Part shown: positions 46,647 to 55,861 of the stretch, piece after piece
How positions within the stretch are numbered: the first letter of the stretch is position 1
How the letters are laid out: every line of letters begins with the position of its first letter
Origin: a virus
Reading direction: 5' to 3' (one strand)
DNA length: 64,000 nucleotides
Virus record (IMG/VR): IMGVR_UViG_3300029787_000021
Location: 1-64,000 of that record
The notes under the pieces: generated by a model
What the model was told of the DNA's origin: nothing
The model's input: only the letters and a program-made list of their open reading frames with translations
The model's database searches: none
Position numbers and translations under genes: made by a program

Positions 46647-47528
46647 TTAATTTATTGTTTCAAAAAATTTATAAAAGCTAACATTATCATTAAAGAATTC
46701 ATCTGTTACCCAATCTTGATCTGTATCTTCATGATACCACGTATCAAATGTAAACGTTTTAAACCATTCTGGATTATTAATAGCTATTGGAGTTAATATA
46801 GCTTCATGATCTAATAAATGCTCTTTGGTTAAACATTTTTCAGAATTAACTTCAAACTCACTAATTAGATGCTGTATACTATCTTTATATCCTCCGAATA
46901 ATCCTCCTATAGCATTAGATTTATAAAAATGATAATTATCAAATACTTCATTCATAATCTTATTACTATGGTACTGCGCAGTATTTCTTATATCTAATAA
47001 CTTATCTCCAACCCACTTATTAATTTTATTAAATAATTCTTTATTATATATCTTATCATAAGTATATTGATATTCACACTCCGCAAAGCCAGTCGCTAAT
47101 TCTATATTACTATTGTATTTATCTGGGTACAAACCTCTATGTGATAAACCAGCATCTATCCAATAAATGTAATCATACTCAGGCAAATAATTCTCCTTTA
47201 TAAAACTCATCTTATACTGTCCTAGTTCATAATAACATTTAAACTTATCTAAATGCTTCTCTCTTATTTTAAGAGCTCTTTGATTATGTTCTGAATCTTT
47301 TAATTCTCTAACTATTACTTCTATATTACTAACGTTATATTGTGAGAGTTTATCTACTAACAATGAGGATGTAGCAGAACTTGTATAACATTTTATAGGT
47401 AAGTTAGACTTACTAATTTGAATAAGAGAATAAACATATCTCCATAATCTAGCATTACCTCCATGAAGATAATAAGGGTGACCTGGTTCAAATGCATATA
47501 TTCCTGTAACAAGTAATGTATTAGTCAC
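46647..47528 (-). CDS. HtrL/YibB-like glycosyltransferase-fold protein
   Basis: TLLVTG, K..FI, YWIDAG, IGGLFGG and HEAIL motifs. Confidence 0.7.
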   Translation of the reverse strand: MTNTLLVTGIYAFEPGHPYYLHGGNARLWRYVYSLIQISKSNLPIKCYTSSATSSLLVDKLSQYNVSNIEVIVRELKDSEHNQRALKIREKHLDKFKCYYELGQYKMSFIKENYLPEYDYIYWIDAGLSHRGLYPDKYNSNIELATGFAECEYQYTYDKIYNKELFNKINKWVGDKLLDIRNTAQYHSNKIMNEVFDNYHFYKSNAIGGLFGGYKDSIQHLISEFEVNSEKCLTKEHLLDHEAILTPIAINNPEWFKTFTFDTWYHEDTDQDWVTDEFFNDNVSFYKFFETIN

Positions 47529-47859
47529 TTATCTTTCTATTTTTTTTAAATATATCAATTAATGTCTGTACGTCTCTTTTTTTATAAAAACGAATATTCT
47601 CATAATCAGAGAACTCTACATACCATCCATCTCCTTTTACAGTAGGTAAATCAAAAGCTTTATTAGTATTAGTTACTAACTCTAATCCTGGTTTATCATA
47701 TTCTTCTTCCCATCCAGAGAAGCCATACTTACCTGCTTCATCTAAAGTAAAAGCATAAAAGTAGTAAGGTTCATCTCCAAAGAAGCCATCTTCATCTAAT
47801 TGTTCTCTTGAGTATATTACTTTTTCGAATCCTAATGATAATAAATCTTCTTGTGTCAT
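47521..47859 (-). CDS. Hypothetical protein
   Basis: 112-aa ORF overlapping its neighbours. Confidence 0.55.
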   Translation of the reverse strand: MTQEDLLSLGFEKVIYSREQLDEDGFFGDEPYYFYAFTLDEAGKYGFSGWEEEYDKPGLELVTNTNKAFDLPTVKGDGWYVEFSDYENIRFYKKRDVQTLIDIFKKNRKISD

Positions 47860-48038
47860 TTTACAAATAACTTTTTACTTTTATCTCTAGCTATTTTATT
47901 TAGCTCTTTAATATACATATTCCCTTCTATAAATCTTTTAGATAGCTCATAATATTTTAAAGCATTTAGTAGCTGATTATAATTACAACAGCTTTCTATT
48001 ACGTTTTTAACTTTAGAATAATATTGCAGCTCTCTCAT
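47856..48038 (-). CDS. Hypothetical protein
   Basis: 60-aa ORF in the operon. Confidence 0.5.
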   Translation of the reverse strand: MRELQYYSKVKNVIESCCNYNQLLNALKYYELSKRFIEGNMYIKELNKIARDKSKKLFVK

Positions 48039-48039
48039 T

Positions 48040-48261
48040 TTATTTAGTAATAGAATATATTTTATGTTTAGCTTTCCATTTTTTTATAAAAGACTCTCCA
48101 CATCCTAATTCAACTATCTCTGCTCCTCTTGGAATGTCTCTAGTTCCTATTCTATTGATCTTATCAATATGAGGACCTCTAAATACTTTCATATACTTTT
48201 TAGCTTTCTTTCTTGGTGAAAGCTTATATACTGCTACTACAGTAGGGTTTCTTTGTATCAT
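48040..48261 (-). CDS. Small basic hypothetical protein
   Basis: 73-aa ORF in the operon. Confidence 0.5.
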   Translation of the reverse strand: MIQRNPTVVAVYKLSPRKKAKKYMKVFRGPHIDKINRIGTRDIPRGAEIVELGCGESFIKKWKAKHKIYSITK

Positions 48262-48389
48262 ACTATTAAACTTAAAATAAATAAAACTAACATTATACCA
48301 ACTAATCCAATCATTGCTCCTACAGCATGACCTTCTACTTGATCTTTTCTTCTACCTTGTCTATATTTTATATCTTCTTCTGTCATAAT

Positions 48390-48683
48390 TTATTTACCTG
48401 GGTGTATTATTGTATTTAAATTTTTAGGTGTTACTATATTATTAGTACCATGCATATATAATGGACCATAATAATCTTCAGTCACCATTTCAATATCGAA
48501 GAAACCTTTTATTCCTTGCCCAGGTTGTTTTTTAGGTTGAGTGATTCTTCTTTTACCATCGAAAGATCTAAAGTCTCTAGATGTTACTCTGTACCAAGTA
48601 TCTTTGATACATACTTCTAATACTCCTGCAGTATTAAAATGATTCTCTAACTTTACTGTTTCTCCTCTTTTCTCAGCTGCCAT
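48390..48683 (-). CDS. Hypothetical protein
   Basis: 97 aa; WYRVTSRDFRSFDGKRRI segment. Confidence 0.55.
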   Translation of the reverse strand: MAAEKRGETVKLENHFNTAGVLEVCIKDTWYRVTSRDFRSFDGKRRITQPKKQPGQGIKGFFDIEMVTEDYYGPLYMHGTNNIVTPKNLNTIIHPGK

Positions 48684-48846
48684 CGTATATTGAAAATTTT
48701 TTAGCTCCTCTTGGTGCTCTTATTTTAGCTATACTAATCGCAGTAGCTTCATCTTCTGCTTCTACATCTATGATATCGAAATCGTATCCCATATCTTCTT
48801 TACCCATAAAATGCAGGTACCAATACATTACTCTATAACTATGCAT
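48673..48846 (-). CDS. Small hypothetical protein
   Basis: Probable start MHSYRV; VEAEDEATAI motif. Confidence 0.5.
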   Translation of the reverse strand: MHSYRVMYWYLHFMGKEDMGYDFDIIDVEAEDEATAISIAKIRAPRGAKKFSIYDGS

Positions 48847-49369
48847 ATGCTTTTCCTTTAACTTTAATTCTTTTACCATACTTATCTTCCATTTCATAAT
48901 AGAAATCTATAAGACTATTCGCACCTGAGCGCTCTACTTCCTTATCATAATCTGAAAGCTCCATTTTAAACTCCCAGGTAAATAGTTTCCTTATTTCAGC
49001 TAATTTAGCTGCTTCATCTTTAGCGAAGTCTTCTTCTAATCTTTTTTTACGCCCTCTATCAATTGAACATTCTCTACTCCATAAAGCAACATCAACTTCA
49101 CCATTTTGAGTAGTAGCTTTAAGATACTTATCATTCATAGTATGATATACTAATTCTATTTCAAGTAAGAAAGAACCTTGATCGAAATCACCATTCAGTA
49201 TTCTATCTCTAAATGGATGCCTGCTACTAAGTTTATTATTCTTTAAGCAGTAACTCCTCCACCACATAAACTTATTATAAGACATCTTATTATAATCAGC
49301 AGATAGTTTCTTCTCTATATACTTCCTACTCCACTTAGGTTGAAAAGGTAACTTAGAAGGGTAACTCAT
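48839..49369 (-). CDS. Hypothetical protein
   Basis: Probable start MSYPSK; YNKFMWWRSY and RILNGDFD segments. Confidence 0.55.
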   Translation of the reverse strand: MSYPSKLPFQPKWSRKYIEKKLSADYNKMSYNKFMWWRSYCLKNNKLSSRHPFRDRILNGDFDQGSFLLEIELVYHTMNDKYLKATTQNGEVDVALWSRECSIDRGRKKRLEEDFAKDEAAKLAEIRKLFTWEFKMELSDYDKEVERSGANSLIDFYYEMEDKYGKRIKVKGKAYA

Positions 49370-49586
49370 CGTTCTTATTTTTATCACTAGGTCTAGATAT
49401 ATCATCTAACTTTTTATAATCAAAGCTAGCGAAAGGCTGCCTACCTATCTCTACTACTTCAGAGTCTTGCACATTAACGATAGCATTTATCTTATCGTTA
49501 GCTTTATGAGCTCTTTTTCTAGCCATATAATCATTAGGAGCATAAACGTATGCTTCAAACTTAACTACATATCTATTATCTTTCAT
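49353..49586 (-). CDS. Hypothetical protein
   Basis: Probable start MKDNRY; ends in an SSB-like DELPF tail. Confidence 0.55.
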   Translation of the reverse strand: MKDNRYVVKFEAYVYAPNDYMARKRAHKANDKINAIVNVQDSEVVEIGRQPFASFDYKKLDDISRPSDKNKNDELPF

Positions 49587-49587
49587 A

Positions 49588-50103
49588 TTAAAATAATTCA
49601 AGTTGAACAACAGGAGGATTCTGAGTCATTTTATCAACCTTAAACGCACTCGTTACTTTACGAGTAGGTCTAAACTCTTCTCCTCTATTATCTATTAACA
49701 CACCATCCTTAACAGTAAAAGCATGCTTACTAACTCCTAAGATATAAGTACCTTTAGGGTTATCTTTAATAAAAGACTTTACAGTCTTCATTCTATTTAC
49801 TAATTCACCATAAAGTTTATACTGATTAGTAATCTTAGATTCACCTAAGACTTGAAGAGCAAACATATCGTCTCCTAGCTCGATTCCATTCTTTTCAACT
49901 TTATCTAGAACAGAAGATTCAAATTGAACTCCTTTACCTTTCTTTCTCTTGAAAGTTTTCTTAACGTATTTATGAGCTAGATCATAATCAGAGTCAGTAG
50001 CAGCTGCAAGAGCTCTTACAAAACAATCATTCTTTTCAGATTTAGCTAATTTAGAACTATTATAACCTTTAACAGTACTAGTAGATTTTTTAAATTTATT
50101 CAT
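49588..50103 (-). CDS. Putative papain/C39-like Cys-His-Asp protein
   Basis: NDCFVRALA ... HAFTVKDGVLID; start MNKF follows the promoter. Confidence 0.5.
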   Translation of the reverse strand: MNKFKKSTSTVKGYNSSKLAKSEKNDCFVRALAAATDSDYDLAHKYVKKTFKRKKGKGVQFESSVLDKVEKNGIELGDDMFALQVLGESKITNQYKLYGELVNRMKTVKSFIKDNPKGTYILGVSKHAFTVKDGVLIDNRGEEFRPTRKVTSAFKVDKMTQNPPVVQLELF

Positions 50104-50128
50104 AACCTTTTTTCTATTATTTATACTT

Positions 50129-50160
50129 AAATATACGAATTTTTTTCCAGAATTCCAACT
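50129..50160 (-). promoter_or_regulatory. Host-type early promoter
   Basis: AGTTG-N16-TTCGTATATTT. Confidence 0.8.
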
Positions 50161-50174
50161 GTTTAAGGGGTTAT

Positions 50175-50987
50175 TTACCCAACCATATTTAATGGTTGAG
50201 TATGTAACCAACCTACATTTCTATTAGTATTTAAACTAAAGAATAAAGCATCCATTTGACCACCTCTACGGTTCTTCGAGAAGAAGAAAGCTCTTCCTTC
50301 GTCCATAAACTTCATATGAGCCATACCAGTCATCATATGCTTAAACCTATTCGATCCAGCAAACTCACCCATTTTAGTAACCTGCTGAATAACAAGGAAA
50401 GCAGTATTTACTTTACCTAAGTTCTCAGCTTTATTATGCTTTTCTAAAAGATTCAATACTTCAGTCTCAGCTCTTTTTACTGACATATTAGTATGAAAGT
50501 CTGAAATAGCACCTACAACCTCAGCCATAGAATCAATTAATACAACATCCCATCCTTCAGTTAAAATACTTTTAAGAATTATTAATGGATCTTTTTCGAT
50601 AAAATCACCCATAAATAAAATACTTAAATCACCAAATTTAGGGAATCTTTTAACATATCCATGCATATCAATTCTATTCATCTCACCAGAAATAAATAAA
50701 GTCTTTTTGCCTCTAGTATTAAGATCTGAAAGTATATCTAACATAACAGTAGATTTACCAACTCCAGGATCTCCTACGATAGCATAGTTAGTACCTTTCA
50801 TTAAACCACCTTCAGCAGAAAATAAACTATCTATTTTTTTACCAGTAGGCATAGGGATAAATAAGTTTTTATCAAACTTAATATCATTCATTTTAACAGT
50901 AGAAGGTCTCCAAGTTCTGAAAGAACCAGTATTAATAGATTTTTCTACTCTTTTTTTAGTAACGGAATTTTTAACTGTAATATTCAT
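50175..50987 (-). CDS. RadA/Sms-like RecA-family ATPase
   Basis: PTG..IDSLFS..GG, GDPGVGKST, LFISGE, VLIDS, QVTKMGEFAGSN..KH and KNR motifs. Confidence 0.85.
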   Translation of the reverse strand: MNITVKNSVTKKRVEKSINTGSFRTWRPSTVKMNDIKFDKNLFIPMPTGKKIDSLFSAEGGLMKGTNYAIVGDPGVGKSTVMLDILSDLNTRGKKTLFISGEMNRIDMHGYVKRFPKFGDLSILFMGDFIEKDPLIILKSILTEGWDVVLIDSMAEVVGAISDFHTNMSVKRAETEVLNLLEKHNKAENLGKVNTAFLVIQQVTKMGEFAGSNRFKHMMTGMAHMKFMDEGRAFFFSKNRRGGQMDALFFSLNTNRNVGWLHTQPLNMVG

Positions 50988-51014
50988 AACCTTTATTGCT
51001 TTATTATTATACCT

Positions 51015-51046
51015 TAATATATGAAGAATTTTCCGGAATAGCAACT
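51015..51046 (-). promoter_or_regulatory. Host-type early promoter
   Basis: AGTTG-N16-TTCATATATTA. Confidence 0.7.
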
Positions 51047-51073
51047 TTTTTACTAGTTATTTCCGGAAAAATA

Positions 51074-51250
51074 CTAAATTTCTCCGTATTCAATCAAAAT
51101 AGTAACAAAAGCTAAGTGTATTTTAATAGTAACATAGTTACATAATTTATCGGCTTGAATTACTTCATAACCTAGAATTAAACCTTCGTGAGGCCATCTA
51201 AAGTTAAGTGCTAATTCCCAAAAACTATTATCATCAAAATTTAAACTCAT
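51074..51250 (-). CDS. 58-aa hypothetical protein
   Basis: Hand translation MSLNFDDNSFWELALNFRWPHEGLILGYEV...; ATGA overlap with the upstream gene. Confidence 0.55.
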   Translation of the reverse strand: MSLNFDDNSFWELALNFRWPHEGLILGYEVIQADKLCNYVTIKIHLAFVTILIEYGEI

Positions 51251-51567
51251 AATTTTTCTTTTACTTCTTTAATATGTTTACAATTTCTATGAGCAATATA
51301 ACCCCAACAGCTACAACTAAGCTCATTTCTAGCATTATATCTTACGATATATTCTTCACCAGATCTAGCTGATATAAACTTCCAGACCTTCTCTTCTTTC
51401 TCTTCGAATAACTCCTCGAAGGGTTTCTTTTCCATAATTATATCTTCGAAAGAAGTATCTTCTTCTACAACCGTCCAGGAAGGAACATGATACCGGACGC
51501 CGGAGGAGACGGTTATGAATCCTCCGATTCCGACGTTTGATCTCGGTACCAAATAGGTCTTACGCAT
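51247..51567 (-). CDS. SWIM zinc-finger protein
   Basis: Y.V...CSC......CKHI. Confidence 0.8.
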   Translation of the reverse strand: MRKTYLVPRSNVGIGGFITVSSGVRYHVPSWTVVEEDTSFEDIIMEKKPFEELFEEKEEKVWKFISARSGEEYIVRYNARNELSCSCWGYIAHRNCKHIKEVKEKL

Positions 51568-52447
51568 CTACAGTCCAGGAATGACTATTATACGAGCCTA
51601 TCAAAGCATCTTCCAATTTAGATATTCTAATTTTATCTAGAACATCTTCTCTAGTATGATTTTCATACTTATCAGTTTCTGAGTTCCATCTTCTAATAAT
51701 CTTCTCTACTTTAAGAGAACAAGATTTACCTGAGTAAGACATATGAACTATTTTAGCTTTTTTAATTCCACTAACATACCAGTCATATCTTACTTGAACG
51801 CTAAATCCATCTTCACGAGTAATATTGATACCTTTTTTCAGATCTGAGATCATATTATCTCTTTTGTAATTATCTCTATCAGTTTTTACTTCTTCAATTT
51901 CTCTTCTATATTTAACAATCTTCTCAGTAAGCTTTCTTCCTTTACCACTATATTTCTTTTCACAGGTATTAAGATCAGCTAAGATATCATCTTTAAAATC
52001 TTTAATAGTCATAGCAATTTGACCATTAAACATAAACCTTTCTAAATTTTTATCTGAGTATTTATCGCTAGTAGAATAAGTGCTTATACCAATATCAGTA
52101 TATTCTTTTCCTTTATCTTCATTAGAGGAATTAGTATAGATAGTACATAATTCATAACTTCTATATTTAATTACTTTATCATAATCTTCTTTTTCTTCAT
52201 TCCAAACTTCTTTTTCAAATTTATCACCTCTACAAGAAATAGTAAGATAATCGACACCTCCAGAATAATCAAGACCTTCTAAATTAGTTTCGATACCTTC
52301 AGTACCTTCAAAATAAGATAATAAAATATCTTTCATCTCTTTCTCTTGAGAATTCCAATATTCTTTTCTTTGATCTTCTAATTTTTCTTTTGCTTTTCTA
52401 AGTTTATCCTCTTTAGAATCAAGAGCTTCAAAAATGTATTTAGACAT
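51560..52447 (-). CDS. Early hypothetical protein
   Basis: 295 aa, first gene after the promoter at 52476. Confidence 0.6.
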   Translation of the reverse strand: MSKYIFEALDSKEDKLRKAKEKLEDQRKEYWNSQEKEMKDILLSYFEGTEGIETNLEGLDYSGGVDYLTISCRGDKFEKEVWNEEKEDYDKVIKYRSYELCTIYTNSSNEDKGKEYTDIGISTYSTSDKYSDKNLERFMFNGQIAMTIKDFKDDILADLNTCEKKYSGKGRKLTEKIVKYRREIEEVKTDRDNYKRDNMISDLKKGINITREDGFSVQVRYDWYVSGIKKAKIVHMSYSGKSCSLKVEKIIRRWNSETDKYENHTREDVLDKIRISKLEDALIGSYNSHSWTVDA

Positions 52448-52475
52448 AACCTTTATTTTAAAATTTATATACTAT

Positions 52476-52507
52476 AAATATACGAACTTTTATTCAGACT
52501 TCCAACT
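52476..52507 (-). promoter_or_regulatory. Host-type early promoter
   Basis: AGTTG-N16-TTCGTATATTT. Confidence 0.8.
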
Positions 52508-52544
52508 GTTCCCCCAAGTATTTTAGGAGGAACTGGAAGTTTAG

Positions 52545-52688
52545 CATTCCCGGCAGGACTCGAACCTGCGACCTCTTTAACCCATTTGCTTTTCACGATC
52601 GTATCTATTACGAGTTTCACTTTTACGTATAAGTTACTCCTCCGCGCCTGGTTAAGCTAAAGCGAGCTACCTACTGCTCTACGGGACA
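52545..52688 (-). ncRNA. tRNA-like RNA with a 78-nt insert in place of the anticodon loop
   Basis: Acceptor TCCCG/CGGGA, U8A9, D arm GAGC-AGTAGGTA-GCTC, anticodon stem CTTTA/TAAAG, variable loop AGGTC, T arm GCAGG-TTCGAGT-CCTGC; no encoded CCA. Confidence 0.8.
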
Positions 52689-52693
52689 TCTAT

Positions 52694-52725
52694 CAATATA
52701 CGAATAAAAACTCATTTAAACAACT
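52694..52725 (-). promoter_or_regulatory. Host-type promoter immediately upstream of the tRNA-like RNA
   Basis: AGTTG-N16-TTCGTATATTG, ending about 5 nt before the RNA 5' end. Confidence 0.8.
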
Positions 52726-52864
52726 TTCTCCTATGTTTTTTTAAGTGAGTCTAAAGCTATTTATTATACACAGCGATACCTCCGATAGACCTCGCTATTC
52801 TATCCCCACAGTTCCCTTAAAATTTTATCGAAGTTACTTATAACTAACATTTAAACTTTATTAT

Positions 52865-53098
52865 ATGGATTTTTTAAAGAAAGTTGGCGATTGGGCTAAC
52901 ACATTAACTGAAATTGGTATTTCTTTTATTGCTCTTGGAGTAGTAATTGAAGTATTATTTAAAGGAGCAGTAATACCTTTCTGGCCTGAAGTATCTGTAG
53001 TAGAAAATATTATGGGTATTCTTGGATCATTAAGTAACGAAGGACTACTAGGACTAGTAGGAGCATTCGTCCTTTATCATATTCTTAAAAAGAAATAA
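52865..53098 (+). CDS. Small two-TM membrane protein
   Basis: Two hydrophobic helices and a KKK C-terminus; isolated plus-strand gene with its own terminator. Confidence 0.75.
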   Translation: MDFLKKVGDWANTLTEIGISFIALGVVIEVLFKGAVIPFWPEVSVVENIMGILGSLSNEGLLGLVGAFVLYHILKKK

Positions 53099-53119
53099 GA
53101 ATATATAATTAATGACAGT

Positions 53120-53146
53120 AAGAGGTCCTTCGGGGCCTCTTTTTTT
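53120..53146. terminator. Rho-independent terminator between convergent genes
   Basis: AGAGGTCC-TTCG-GGGCCTCT followed by a T run. Confidence 0.85.
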
Positions 53147-53861
53147 ATCCAAATATCTCTATTCTAATATCTTCTTGCATTTTATAACCTAAATCATCTA
53201 AGTAACCTTTTCCTTCTTCAATCATTTTAGTCCATCCACAATAGTATATTAATGGTTTCTTATCAGCTGTTGCAAGTTCTGGTAAGTAAGCTGTATGAAC
53301 ATATCCATTATGTCCTTCCCATTTTTCTTGAGATAAACAAGGAACATATTCGAAGTTAGGTATTCTTTTTTCTAATTCTAACATTTCTTCGTAGTAACAA
53401 ATATCAGCTTTAGTTCTGGTACCGAAGAATAGTTTTAACTTTTTAGTAGGTACTTTATTATCTGCTATATAATTTAACATAGATCTAAAAGGACTTATCC
53501 CAGAACCTGTACTTACAAAATATATATCTCTATCAATTACCTCAGGTAAAGTAAATATCCCCATAGGTCCTCTATACATTACTTCATCTCCTACCTTAGC
53601 TCTATTAAAAAGATAGTCACACATTTTACCTCCTATAAGATTAGTAACTATTATTTCTAATTTATTAGAACCATCAGGCCAAGAAGATAAAGAATAGTTT
53701 CTAGCTATTACTTCATTAGGATCATTAGGATCTTTTATAGCTAATTGTATTAATTGCCCTGGTATATAATTTATTTTATCATAAAGAGGGTTCTCTATTA
53801 TAAATCTCCAGTTTTTATCAGTTTCTTTTATTATTTCGGTAATTACTCCTAATTCATTCAT
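53145..53861 (-). CDS. FAD/NAD(P)-binding oxidoreductase (ferredoxin-NADP reductase family)
   Basis: PGQ, RNYSLSS, GGKM, GPMGIF, STGSGISPF, YYCG and terminal EIFG motifs. Confidence 0.9.
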   Translation of the reverse strand: MNELGVITEIIKETDKNWRFIIENPLYDKINYIPGQLIQLAIKDPNDPNEVIARNYSLSSWPDGSNKLEIIVTNLIGGKMCDYLFNRAKVGDEVMYRGPMGIFTLPEVIDRDIYFVSTGSGISPFRSMLNYIADNKVPTKKLKLFFGTRTKADICYYEEMLELEKRIPNFEYVPCLSQEKWEGHNGYVHTAYLPELATADKKPLIYYCGWTKMIEEGKGYLDDLGYKMQEDIRIEIFG

Positions 53862-54051
53862 CTTTAAATAATTCTTGTATCCATGTTACTATAAATACCA
53901 AAAGAGAGTACGGCCAAGTACTCATTTGGTAGTATCTTTCATAATTGCTAAAAGGTCCTCCAATTCCATGTTTATTACAAAATCGTTCTAACCATAATGC
54001 CCATAAACAACCACATATTATATATAAAGATATATATTGTATTATTTCCAT
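53854..54051 (-). CDS. Small membrane protein
   Basis: Two hydrophobic segments and a WP motif. Confidence 0.55.
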   Translation of the reverse strand: MEIIQYISLYIICGCLWALWLERFCNKHGIGGPFSNYERYYQMSTWPYSLLVFIVTWIQELFKDE

Positions 54052-54052
54052 T

Positions 54053-54211
54053 TTATCTAGGGTTTGGTACTAATCTAAAAGTACAGGCTGGTCTACCATT
54101 TATTATAGGCATACCAAATTCATCATACTCTATTGTCTTTACTTTAGTTCTTTTATTTTTAAAACGACCTACCATTATAGTATCGCCTACTTTAACATTT
54201 ATTTTAATCAT
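54053..54211 (-). CDS. 52-aa basic SH3-like hypothetical protein
   Basis: Hand translation MIKINVKVGDTIMVGRFKNKRTKVKTIEYDEFGMPIINGRPACTFRLVPNPR. Confidence 0.55.
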   Translation of the reverse strand: MIKINVKVGDTIMVGRFKNKRTKVKTIEYDEFGMPIINGRPACTFRLVPNPR

Positions 54212-54999
54212 AATAATTTTGTATAAGTACTTAAATCTTTATTTTCTTTATCTTTAATTAGGCATTTTTTACCCCAGAGTTCTTTATTATCTAAATCAAT
54301 AAAGAATTTATATGTAAAATCTGATTTAAATATATTAGCAGGCATAGTCATGCACCAAGAGTCTTCTCCTTTAGGTATTTGTATAAATAACGACATAAAC
54401 TTTTTCTTAGCCAAATGAGCTGCTAATAAACTATGAGCTGAACCTTGAAATAAATCAAAAGGTCTATCGATTAAAGGTGCTCCCATTTGACCATACTTCA
54501 TAAAAGACCAATACTGTTCAGGATAAAATTGATCTGACCATGCTATATTATCATACATATTATCATCTTTCCATTGATAATCCTTTGGGTATAAATCTCT
54601 TACTAACTCAGGATATTTTTTATCATATTGTACTTTCTTATCATATAATTCTGAAGCAGTTAAATTATCTATATCTAATTCTTCACAGAATTGCTTTAGT
54701 ATTTTATAATTCATATGACCATATGGAGTAGATCTAACTTCATCTATAAAAAAACTTATAGGAAAATTAATATAAACTAAGTTACTATTTAAAGGGGTCA
54801 TCCTAACCTGAGATTGCATTTGATATCTTATTTTAGGTTCTTTACCATTTTGAAGAATAAAAGTTTCTCTAAAGTTATTTGGATTTACCTCAGTAGTAAC
54901 TTTATCAAATCCTTTTTTGATCATCTTAACGACTTCATTCTCAACTAAAACATATTCATATGCTCTAACAATATCAAAACTAATTAAAGTATCTATCAT
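54208..54999 (-). CDS. Hypothetical protein
   Basis: 263-aa ORF; no motif recognised. Confidence 0.55.
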   Translation of the reverse strand: MIDTLISFDIVRAYEYVLVENEVVKMIKKGFDKVTTEVNPNNFRETFILQNGKEPKIRYQMQSQVRMTPLNSNLVYINFPISFFIDEVRSTPYGHMNYKILKQFCEELDIDNLTASELYDKKVQYDKKYPELVRDLYPKDYQWKDDNMYDNIAWSDQFYPEQYWSFMKYGQMGAPLIDRPFDLFQGSAHSLLAAHLAKKKFMSLFIQIPKGEDSWCMTMPANIFKSDFTYKFFIDLDNKELWGKKCLIKDKENKDLSTYTKLL

Positions 55000-55151
55000 T
55001 TTTTTAGTCTCTTTTCTATAGCTGCCATCTCTTGTTGAAGCTTTTGAATTTTTAGTTTATTATCTTTAGATTTATCATATTTTAAATCTATAATTTTATT
55101 TATTATTTCATCTAGGCTTTTTTCGTCTTCGTATTCTTGTAGTGTGTTCAT

Positions 55152-55514
55152 TTATTTTCTCTTATAATCGTCTTCTAATCTTATAATATCGTCTTCACCA
55201 AAGTAAGAGCCTGTTTGTACTTCTATAAAAACTAAATCGTTATCAAAACTTGGATTCATTACTCTATGAGTATCTTCTTGATTAATATTAATTGTTTCTC
55301 CATAGCTTTTCCATATCTCTTTGTCGTTAACTTCTATTTTAGCAGTACCATTAACTATTACCCAAACTTCACTTCTATACTGATGAAGTTGTAGAGATAG
55401 TCTTTGCTGAGGTTTAACTATAATCTCTTTAACCTTACAATAAGTTTCATTTAATAATATTTTATACTCACCCCAAGGTCGTTTTGGTCCTTCTTTTAGT
55501 TTGACGTCTTCCAT
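55152..55514 (-). CDS. Mannose-6-phosphate isomerase type II C-terminal cupin protein
   Basis: RPWG, LSLQLHQYRSEVW, HR..N and IEVQTGSYFGEDDIIRLEDDY motifs. Confidence 0.9.
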   Translation of the reverse strand: MEDVKLKEGPKRPWGEYKILLNETYCKVKEIIVKPQQRLSLQLHQYRSEVWVIVNGTAKIEVNDKEIWKSYGETININQEDTHRVMNPSFDNDLVFIEVQTGSYFGEDDIIRLEDDYKRK

Positions 55515-55861
55515 AGTACTTGAATACCAATTAATACAAAACATAAACTTAGACTAACCCAAGTTTTTAAGTTCATACCTTCACTAAAATAATAATTTAC
55601 AAATAAGGCATATTGAAGCATACCTATACTAAATCCTATAAATCTAGCAGGCCATAATAAACCTTCCATTGCATCTACTGTGTACTTAGTACCCCATATA
55701 AAAAAGAATGAAATAACAAATCCTGCTGCTGCTACAGCCCATTCATTTTCTCTAAAACTTTTCCATAAGAATTGTCCGTTTAGTTGATACCATACTAATA
55801 TATGTCCTATTAGGAAACAACCTATCCCAAGGAACAAATCCTTCATATTTGCTACTACCAT
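55496..55861 (-). CDS. Four-TM small membrane protein (DMT/SMR-like topology)
   Basis: Four hydrophobic helices. Confidence 0.55.
   Translation of the reverse strand: MVVANMKDLFLGIGCFLIGHILVWYQLNGQFLWKSFRENEWAVAAAGFVISFFFIWGTKYTVDAMEGLLWPARFIGFSIGMLQYALFVNYYFSEGMNLKTWVSLSLCFVLIGIQVLWKTSN

Noticed and set aside
52545-52688. Ordinary tRNA, group I intron-containing tRNA, or tmRNA
   Set aside because: No 7-nt anticodon loop can be assigned; the insert is too short for a group I intron; an intact D stem, small size and no convincing tag ORF argue against tmRNA
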